Positions 9,254 through 16,261 of a DNA stretch of 31,955 nucleotides are shown one piece after another. This DNA comes from an uncultured bacterium (lineage in GTDB: Bacteria; Pseudomonadota; Gammaproteobacteria; Steroidobacterales; Steroidobacteraceae). The position numbers and the translations under genes were made by a program. The DNA lies in the NCBI GenBank assembly GCA_963978075.1, contig CAXBRZ010000001.1, positions 1-31,955 on the forward strand. Reading direction: 5' to 3'. Within the stretch, counting starts at the first letter, position 1. Every line of letters begins with the position of its first letter. Under the pieces are notes generated by a model. That model was not told where the DNA came from. It saw only the letters and a program-made list of their open reading frames with translations, and made no database searches.

Positions 9254-10336
9254 ATGCCCCTTTCCGGCGCCCCCTCGACGATGCGCGCGGTCCTGCTGAC
9301 CGGTCACGGCGGCACGGAGCGGCTGGTGCCAGGCATGGTCCCGACCCCCCTGCCAGGGCCCGGAGAGGTGCTGGTCCGGCTTGGCGGCGCTGCGGTGAAC
9401 AATACCGACATCAATCTCAGGGTGGGCTGGTACTCCAAAACCGTGACCGGCGCGACCGACTCCGCAGGCCCACAGGCGGGCGCCAGCTCGGACGCCGGAT
9501 GGACGGGAAACGCGCTCACGTTCCCCCGCATCCAGGGCGCAGACGGCGCCGGACGCATCATTGGGGTCGGCGAGGGTGTGTCGACGGAACGTATCGGGGA
9601 GCGAGTCCTCATCGATCCCATCCTGCGCCCGGCGGGCCTCCCCCTCTACTTCGGTTCCGACGTCCCCGGCGCCTTTGCCGAATACACGACGGTGCCAGAA
9701 GCAAACGCCGTGCAGGTTCACTCGGACCTGACCGACCCTGAACTTGCCTCGTTTCCATGCTCTTATCTCGCCGCACTGCACATGGTCAGCCGAGCCGGAG
9801 TCCGCCGTGGCCAGACGGTCGTCGTAACAGGCGCCACCGGTGGCGTGGGCACCGCACTCATCCAGTGGTGCCACGCACGCGGCGCACGAGTGATTGCGGT
9901 TGCCGAGACCGCCAAGCACTCCGCGTTACAAAAGCTCGGCGTCGAAGCCACGCTGGGTCGCGACCTCAGCCTGGAGCAGACCCTCGGGCGGGATTCGGCA
10001 GATGTCGTGCTCGACGTGGTGGGAGGAAACGGATTTCCGGATCGCCTCGCCGTATTGAAGCCCCACGGCCATTACGCAACCGCCGGCGCCATCGCAGGCC
10101 CCCTCGTCGAACTCGACCTCCGTACACTCTACCTGAAGGATCTCACGCTACACGGCTGCACCATTCCGCCACCGACACTCTTCGCGGAACTGGTCAAGGC
10201 GATCGAGACCGGCCTCATCCAACCGCTCGTGGCAATGACTTTTGATCTTGAAGATCTCGCGCTCGCCCAACAGGCGTTCCTGCGCAAGGAACATTTGGGC
10301 AAGATCGCGGTCCGTATGCCTCCGGGCAACCAGTAG
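9254..10336 (+). CDS. Medium-chain dehydrogenase/reductase (quinone-reductase-like, apparently non-zinc)
   Basis: Motifs PGPGEVLVRL, FPRIQGADGAG, VTGATGGVG and FLRKEHLGKI. The usual catalytic-Zn Cys and GHE positions read VNNTD and GAD. Confidence 0.85.
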   Translation: MPLSGAPSTMRAVLLTGHGGTERLVPGMVPTPLPGPGEVLVRLGGAAVNNTDINLRVGWYSKTVTGATDSAGPQAGASSDAGWTGNALTFPRIQGADGAGRIIGVGEGVSTERIGERVLIDPILRPAGLPLYFGSDVPGAFAEYTTVPEANAVQVHSDLTDPELASFPCSYLAALHMVSRAGVRRGQTVVVTGATGGVGTALIQWCHARGARVIAVAETAKHSALQKLGVEATLGRDLSLEQTLGRDSADVVLDVVGGNGFPDRLAVLKPHGHYATAGAIAGPLVELDLRTLYLKDLTLHGCTIPPPTLFAELVKAIETGLIQPLVAMTFDLEDLALAQQAFLRKEHLGKIAVRMPPGNQ

Positions 10337-10348
10337 CGTTACCGCTGT

Positions 10349-10642
10349 TCAGAGCATGCGTCGTGGAGGCGGCGGCGGCGGCCACCGCCCGAGTTTCGAG
10401 TTCCAGTAGGCCCATGAACGCTCATCCACAATCCCAGGTGGCAAGTGATCGAGCGTGGCAAGCAATTGCGCATCAGTCACAACGCTGCGGATCGTCTGAA
10501 GATCCTCAGGCGTCGCAAACCGCAATGCATAGGCCAGAAATCGAGTGCCATCCGTCAACGCGACTTCGGGACTTTCAAACCAGATGACCCGCCTCGCGAT
10601 GGCACGAAACTCTGCGTCCATTGGTAGTTGGAACTTGCTCAT
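10349..10642 (-). CDS. Small hypothetical protein, candidate antitoxin/partner of the upstream nucleotidyltransferase
   Basis: 97 aa. Its ATG overlaps the upstream stop (ATGA, 10639-10642). Protein-like composition (RRVIWFE, PPGIVDERSWAYWN). Confidence 0.7.
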   Translation of the reverse strand: MSKFQLPMDAEFRAIARRVIWFESPEVALTDGTRFLAYALRFATPEDLQTIRSVVTDAQLLATLDHLPPGIVDERSWAYWNSKLGRWPPPPPPRRML

Positions 10643-11307
10643 GGATCACGCCGCGCCCGAAACAGGTTCGTGATTGCAGGCAATCGTAACGGATCGACCT
10701 GGCGCGCCGCCGCGGCGAGCCGATCACGGACCTCGCCGGGCACTGTTGCGAGATTTCCGTCACCGAAATACGAGAGCGCCTTGAGTGTGCCAAGCGGGTG
10801 CGCGCCGGGGCCGTAAATAGCCAAGGCTGCGGCACAGGCCCATTCGAGGCCCACGTCATGACCGATGAGGGCATCCAGATCGAGATAGTCCTTTGCCTCG
10901 GCGCGGACCTGAACCGTTGCGGCTTTCGTCCCGGCGAGATCCAGCAGCGAGGCTATCGGCGTGCCAGTGTCGCTTGCGGTATCCGGTGCGAGCACTTGGC
11001 CCAGGCGCGGCACACCAAAGAATGACACCTGCACCGGTGCCCCGTGATCGACCAACAGGGTCAGGGTATTTTCGCAGCGTTGGAGGACGGTAGCGCCTAT
11101 CAGCGGTGGGCATCCCGCCTGAAGGGCCATCGGATCGAAGGAATCAAAGCGGAAAAAATCAAAATCAATGGACTGCCGATGACCGAGGCGCAAAGCGAGC
11201 GCGGTGCCCCCGTACAGGATCCAGCCTGGCAATCTGCCGGCCAACGCGTGCCAAAGCGCCCGCTGGGCGGGAGGCAGCACGCCAATTTGCACCGGTATTT
11301 CAGCCAT
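10639..11307 (-). CDS. AbiEii/AbiGii (DUF1814)-family nucleotidyltransferase toxin-like protein
   Basis: LYGGTALALRLGHRQSIDFDFF (GG and R-S-x-D-x-D motifs) and the C-terminal K...R...KDYLDL motif. Confidence 0.85.
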   Translation of the reverse strand: MAEIPVQIGVLPPAQRALWHALAGRLPGWILYGGTALALRLGHRQSIDFDFFRFDSFDPMALQAGCPPLIGATVLQRCENTLTLLVDHGAPVQVSFFGVPRLGQVLAPDTASDTGTPIASLLDLAGTKAATVQVRAEAKDYLDLDALIGHDVGLEWACAAALAIYGPGAHPLGTLKALSYFGDGNLATVPGEVRDRLAAAARQVDPLRLPAITNLFRARRDP

Positions 11308-11412
11308 GCCATCGAGTGTAAGTCACCCGGGGGCATAGCGCATCGTCAAGGGTATTGGAGCCTCTCAGCCCCCCAATCGCGACCCATCGCGGCCGCCCGA
11401 ACCGGGGACGGG

Positions 11413-12291
11413 TCAGTAGGCAGGCTCAGATCCACCAATCCCGACCGTCCGCTCGGCAGAGCGCAACGTGTTGAACAGCAGCATCGTGACGGTCATAGGA
11501 CCCACGCCACCGGGCACCGGCGAGATCAGCGAGGCTTTCTCGCGCACGCCTTCGAAATCGACGTCGCCCACAATTCTCCCGTCCGGCAGTCGGTTGATGC
11601 CCACATCGATGACGACCGCACCGGTCCGCACCATCTGCGGAACAATCAGGTTCGGCACGCCGGCCGCAACCACGAGGATGTCCGCCATCAGGGTGAACAT
11701 CGCAAGATCCCGCGTCAGTTTGTGGCAGATCGAGACGGTCGCATCCTGCTGCATCAGCATCATCGCAACAGGCTTGCCAACGATATTGCTCGCGCCGACG
11801 ACACAGACATTTCGCCCGGCAATCTCGACATTCTCATGCTCGAGCAGCTTCTGGACACCATAGGGCGTGCAGGGCGGGAAAACCGTCGAGCCGGTCAGCA
11901 GTCCACCGACGTTATACAGATGAAAGCCATCGACATCCTTGGCTGCCGATATCCGCTCCAGCACACTTCGAACTTCAATATGTGGCGGCAGCGGCAGCTG
12001 CACGAGGATGCCATGCACCTGCGGATCGGCGTTCAGCCGATCAATTTCGCTGAGCAGCGCTTCCTCGGAAATATCGGCGGGCATCTCGATCCGTTCCGAA
12101 CGGATACCCACATCCTCGCAGGCGCGGACCTTGTTGCTCACGTAGAGCTTGGAAGCGGGATTCTGGCCGACCAGAATGACCGCAAGGCCAGGCGTCAGGC
12201 CGTGCGTCGATACGAGCTCAGCGATACGGGCTTTGTATTCGGCACGCAGTTTCTTGGCGACGGCTTTGCCGTCGATGATCCGGGCGGTCAT
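11413..12291 (-). CDS. folD: Bifunctional methylene-THF dehydrogenase/cyclohydrolase
   Basis: Motifs IIDGK, PGLAVILVG, VHGILVQLPLP, KDVDGFH, PCTP, GASNIVGKP and PVPGGVGPMT. Confidence 0.97.
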   Translation of the reverse strand: MTARIIDGKAVAKKLRAEYKARIAELVSTHGLTPGLAVILVGQNPASKLYVSNKVRACEDVGIRSERIEMPADISEEALLSEIDRLNADPQVHGILVQLPLPPHIEVRSVLERISAAKDVDGFHLYNVGGLLTGSTVFPPCTPYGVQKLLEHENVEIAGRNVCVVGASNIVGKPVAMMLMQQDATVSICHKLTRDLAMFTLMADILVVAAGVPNLIVPQMVRTGAVVIDVGINRLPDGRIVGDVDFEGVREKASLISPVPGGVGPMTVTMLLFNTLRSAERTVGIGGSEPAY

Positions 12292-12328
12292 GAATGGGAT
12301 ACTCGGGGGTCAGGTCAAGAGGGCCGCG

Positions 12329-12357
12329 ATTCTACCCGCCCGAGGCGACGTCGGCAT
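12329..12357 (-). promoter_or_regulatory. Possible sigma70 promoter of folD
   Basis: Minus strand ATGCCG-N17-TAGAAT, with the -10 about 37 nt upstream of the folD ATG. The -35 match is weak. Confidence 0.3.
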
Positions 12358-12494
12358 TTCCGAATTCGCATACCACGTACTCAAGACGCCAATCCCGTGC
12401 ACAACGGATAAGCGCCCCGTCTGAAAGCGGCGCCGGCGTGGCCGGAAACGTCATAGCCCGGCCCTCTGGTCGAGTGCCACGCTCACGACAGACT

Positions 12495-14057
12495 TTACGC
12501 AGGGCGCATTCCCGAGCGCGGCAACTTCACCGGGAACTTCGCCCGGATGGCCGCATCGACTTCCTCGGGGATGTGCGACGGATAGTGCGTTGCGAGCAGG
12601 TCCTTCACCCGCTTCTCCGCGCGGTCAAGGACACTGGTCGATCCCTGCTCGATCCACTCATTCGGGCTGCGGCGATCGCCGACAGCCGGGTAGAGATACT
12701 CGGTCTGCATCAGTTGCAGGGTCTGGTCCGCCCCGAGGTAGTGTCCGGGGCCATTCAGGCAGACGTCCTTGATCACCTCGAAGGACAACTTCTCTTCGTT
12801 GACCTCGATACCCTTGATCGTGCGCTGGGCCATGCCGATCGTGTCGTTGTCGATCACTAGGCTCTCGAGCGAGTAGCCCAGCAGGCTGGCGTGCATGCCG
12901 GCCGATTCATAGATCATGTTGGCGCCGGCATTGCCCACGAGTGCGTGGTTGAGGGCCTTTTCCGCACCCGCCTGCTCGTCGGCGATCTTCGAATCGGTCA
13001 TGCCCGAGGCGGTGCCGCCGGTCAGGTCGTAGAAATGGGCCATCTGCCCGGCCGCCGCAGACAGTAGGGCCTGCTCGGGGCTACCACCGGACATCGCGCC
13101 CGTGCGCAGGTCCGAGACGAAGCACCACGTTCCAAAGATTGCGGGATGTCCTGGCTTGATGGCGTTGACATAGACGAGACCTGCAAGACATTCGGCGACT
13201 TCCTGGGCCAGCGCTCCTGCGATGGCCGCCGGCGCTGTTGCACCAGCCTGGCCGGCCGACAGGAGCAGCACGGGCATGCCACCGCGCACCGCGACCTCAA
13301 GACACTTGCAGGCATCGGTCGCAAATTTCATGGGCGGAACAACGAAGCAGTTCGACTGGCTGACAAAGGGACGCTCTCTCCACTTGTCCTCGCCACCGGC
13401 GATCATGTGCAGCATCTCGAGCGACTTCTCGAGATGCTCGGGCAGCACCCAACTGGACCCGACGTGCTTCGTCGTACTCGAGACGGACGCATAACAGGTA
13501 TTGAAATCCATCTCGTACGGATCCGGCAGGTCACGCGGGACCACGGCGCGCTGAAAGAAGTGGATGTGCTCCATCGCGTCGACGATGCGGCCGATGTTGA
13601 AAAGATCCTGGATGCGCGACTCGCGATAGGTGCCGTCGGCATTGACCATGTTCACCGCCGCGCCGGCGGTACCGAAGTAAACCTTCTTGCCCCATGGCTC
13701 GAGATCGAATTTCGGATCCTGTGCGTACAAGGGGAACTTGCGGCCCGCCTTGGCCAGCGTGTCCTCGACCAGCGCGCGCGGAAACAGCAGCCTGCCACGG
13801 TCGCTGAGCGTGCAACCGGCACGCGTGAGAATCTCGACGCCTGACTCGGGCGCATCGGCAAGACCGACTTCCTCGAGCAGACGCAGCGCGGTCTGGTGGA
13901 TCTGCTGGATGTCCGAGTCGCTGAGCGGCCGGTACTGACCGCCCGGCATGCCTGGGACCACCGGACGCAAATGATCCGGCAGGGGACCCGAACGCTGCGC
14001 ACGGCGGGCATCACGACCGGAAGGACGACGGGCTCGAACGGTGGACTCTTCAGACAC
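12495..14057 (-). CDS. MttB-family (trimethylamine methyltransferase superfamily) non-pyrrolysine methyltransferase 1
   Basis: Start reassigned to GTG at 14057 (AGGAGA RBS). Arg-rich N-terminus, IHQTALRLLEEVG, YFGTAG, GATAPAAIAGALAQ, VSDLRTGAMSGGSPE and GMTDSKIADEQAG. No in-frame TAG. Confidence 0.92.
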   Translation of the reverse strand: MSEESTVRARRPSGRDARRAQRSGPLPDHLRPVVPGMPGGQYRPLSDSDIQQIHQTALRLLEEVGLADAPESGVEILTRAGCTLSDRGRLLFPRALVEDTLAKAGRKFPLYAQDPKFDLEPWGKKVYFGTAGAAVNMVNADGTYRESRIQDLFNIGRIVDAMEHIHFFQRAVVPRDLPDPYEMDFNTCYASVSSTTKHVGSSWVLPEHLEKSLEMLHMIAGGEDKWRERPFVSQSNCFVVPPMKFATDACKCLEVAVRGGMPVLLLSAGQAGATAPAAIAGALAQEVAECLAGLVYVNAIKPGHPAIFGTWCFVSDLRTGAMSGGSPEQALLSAAAGQMAHFYDLTGGTASGMTDSKIADEQAGAEKALNHALVGNAGANMIYESAGMHASLLGYSLESLVIDNDTIGMAQRTIKGIEVNEEKLSFEVIKDVCLNGPGHYLGADQTLQLMQTEYLYPAVGDRRSPNEWIEQGSTSVLDRAEKRVKDLLATHYPSHIPEEVDAAIRAKFPVKLPRSGMRPA

Positions 14058-14155
14058 GGAACGTCTCCTGAATACGGACCAGACCGGGGCCGATGATCCC
14101 CATGCCACGGCAGCGCGGAAGCGTCGCACGTTGCGCCTTTCGCCGCAGTACTGTT

Positions 14156-14180
14156 TTTCTACCAGAAATGAAATTTTTTA
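14156..14180. promoter_or_regulatory. Operator candidate in the divergent mttB1/lyase promoter
   Basis: TTTCT-ACC-AGAAA (14156-14168), then TGAAATTTTTTA (14169-14180), which is identical to 9152-9163. Confidence 0.5.
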
Positions 14181-14243
14181 TGCGGCCGGAACGCCTAAAA
14201 TCCACTGGCCGACAGTCCAGTACGACGCTGAGGGACCTTCGCC

Positions 14244-15977
14244 ATGATTCGCTCCGCCTGCACGATCGCCCTTGTGACCACCTTGTCGGCTCCGCCACTG
14301 TACGCGGACTACCATCCGATCCAGCCGCAGGCACAAGCCGCTACTGTCCGGCTCGACGGCCGCACGCTCTCGGTCGATGCCGTCGTGCAGGTGGCCCGAT
14401 TCGGAGCGAAGGTGGAATTCACACAGGAGGCGCTCGACAGCATGGCCGGCAACTACGGGCTCCTGTTGGAGGCCACCGCCGAGGGCATTCCTGTTTACTG
14501 GTTCAACCGCGGCTCCGGCGACCAGCGCGAGACGGTCATCTTCGAGGGTGACGCGATGAGTCCGACCAACCGGCCGGTGGTCGAGAAGGTTCAGGAAGCC
14601 AGCTTCCGTCAGGCCGCCCTCTACGGGGTGGGACCCGAAGTCGATCAGGAGGAGATCGTCCGGGCCATGATGGTGGTACGGGCCAACTCGATGGTCCACA
14701 ACGCGCCGAGCCCCGCTCTGGCGCAGATGATCGTCGACCTTTTGAACCACCGGATTACGCCGGTCGTGCGATCGCGCGGCTCTGTCGGTGAGGGCGACCT
14801 TGGCCCATTGGGCAACGTCGGAGGCACCATGATCGGGGTCGGGGACGCCTACCTGAACGGTGAGCGATTGCCGGCCCGGGAAGCCCTGCGCCGCAGCGGC
14901 CTCGTCCCGCTCAAACCCTTCGCGGCAGACGACAATGCCCTCACGAGCAGCAACGCCTATGCGGTAGGTCAGGCCGCCCTTTTGGTGTACGACGCGCGCG
15001 AACTGCTCGAGTGGACCGACCTGTCCTACGCGATGGCCCTGAATGGCATGAACAGCAGCATCAGTCCACTGAGCCTTCCCGTGCAGCGCGACCGTCCCGA
15101 CCGCTGGCTGAACTGGCATGCTCAGAAAATCCTCACTATTCTGGGAGATAGCTATCTTTTCGACGCAGATAATGACCGAATCATTCAAGACCCTGAAAGT
15201 CTGCGGGCATCGTCGATCCGCCAGGCCAGCGCCTGGATGGAATGGCAGTTGCTGTCGGACAGCGTCACCTTCCAGATCAACAGCTCGGACCACAACCCCG
15301 TCGTGGCGCGCGGCTTAGGTCCCGACGACGCCAAGGAACTGGCCTCACCGCAACTGATGCACTTCTATGTCAAGGGCGGGCCGCTGAGTCGCGGCGAGCA
15401 TGGCTATATCCTCTCCAACGCCAACTGGGACCCCTACCCCTTCGCGAACCGTCTGGAAAGCTTCACCATTGCGATGGACAACATGGCGGTGGCCGTGGCG
15501 GAACGGATCGAGCGCTTCCGAAACCCGTTTTTCACCAAAGTCTCGGTCGAGGAGGCGCTGCCGGACTACGCCCGCGAGGACGACGGCTACGCGCCGATCG
15601 ACCTTTTGCAGCAGATTTCCGCGGACGCGGTACCGACGCCAGCGCGTGGCAGCGCCCTCGTCGGCACGGTCGAGGACTTGCAGGCGCAGACCCGCCAGAA
15701 GGTGGCGCGCGCACGCGATGCGGTATCGACCGCCCGCGAGCTGCTGGCATTTGATCTGCTGGAGGGCGCCCTCTGGATGGACGTGCGCGCGTCGCAAGTG
15801 CCTGGCCGCCATTTCGGCGCCGCGCCGACCCGCCTGTGGCAGTCCATCCGACGCCTGGCGCCCCGGCGGCAACTTTCCGTGCCGGAGCAACGCACCGAAC
15901 CTGACCAATCCAAGATTGCCCGCTTCCTGACGGAACACTCGGCGCAGGAATTTGCGTCGTACCTTCTGCCGAATTGA
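14244..15977 (+). CDS. Exported aromatic amino acid lyase-family protein lacking the MIO tripeptide (ergothionase-like)
   Basis: HAL-fold motifs LDGRTLS..V, VY..N.G, RAMMVVRANS, NHRITPVVRSRGSVGEGDL, QDPESLR and NSSDHNP. Sec-like signal peptide MIRSACTIALVTTLSAPPLYA. Confidence 0.85.
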   Translation: MIRSACTIALVTTLSAPPLYADYHPIQPQAQAATVRLDGRTLSVDAVVQVARFGAKVEFTQEALDSMAGNYGLLLEATAEGIPVYWFNRGSGDQRETVIFEGDAMSPTNRPVVEKVQEASFRQAALYGVGPEVDQEEIVRAMMVVRANSMVHNAPSPALAQMIVDLLNHRITPVVRSRGSVGEGDLGPLGNVGGTMIGVGDAYLNGERLPAREALRRSGLVPLKPFAADDNALTSSNAYAVGQAALLVYDARELLEWTDLSYAMALNGMNSSISPLSLPVQRDRPDRWLNWHAQKILTILGDSYLFDADNDRIIQDPESLRASSIRQASAWMEWQLLSDSVTFQINSSDHNPVVARGLGPDDAKELASPQLMHFYVKGGPLSRGEHGYILSNANWDPYPFANRLESFTIAMDNMAVAVAERIERFRNPFFTKVSVEEALPDYAREDDGYAPIDLLQQISADAVPTPARGSALVGTVEDLQAQTRQKVARARDAVSTARELLAFDLLEGALWMDVRASQVPGRHFGAAPTRLWQSIRRLAPRRQLSVPEQRTEPDQSKIARFLTEHSAQEFASYLLPN

Positions 15978-15993
15978 TTGCAATCGTTTGCAA
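15978..15993. promoter_or_regulatory. LacI/GalR-type operator-like palindrome upstream of the TonB-dependent receptor
   Basis: TTGCAATCGTTTGCAA fits the TGnAAnCGnTTnCA consensus. It lies about 270 nt upstream of the receptor start. Confidence 0.4.
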
Positions 15994-16261
15994 TCACGGG
16001 GCACCCGTTGGGGATCGCGCAACTAATTTGACCGCTCGGTAAATCCCGTTAGCGGCCGTGTTGTTGTTAAAGCGCAACTTCACAAATGTCATGAAAATGC
16101 TGTAGGTTACGCTCAGGATCTTCAGAACTGACTGACGGTCTTTTGTTTTGCTGCAACGAACTGTGTCTTGGAAGCGCACGCTTTTAGGACCACGCGGATC
16201 GGGACGAGGCTCACCGACTCTGCGAATGCCTGAGCCACCTTTTGTGAATGAGGGGAATCGC

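Noticed and set aside
10337-11412. Mobile-element boundaries around the toxin-like pair
   Set aside because: No transposase, integrase, terminal inverted repeat or target-site duplication was visible.
12292-12494. Possible ZMP/ZTP riboswitch upstream of folD
   Set aside because: There are fragments resembling the consensus (GUCGUG..., GCCGAC..CGCCUCGGGC), but I could not form P1 or the GGUGG/CCACC P2 helix. An Infernal search with the ZMP-ZTP Rfam model would settle it.
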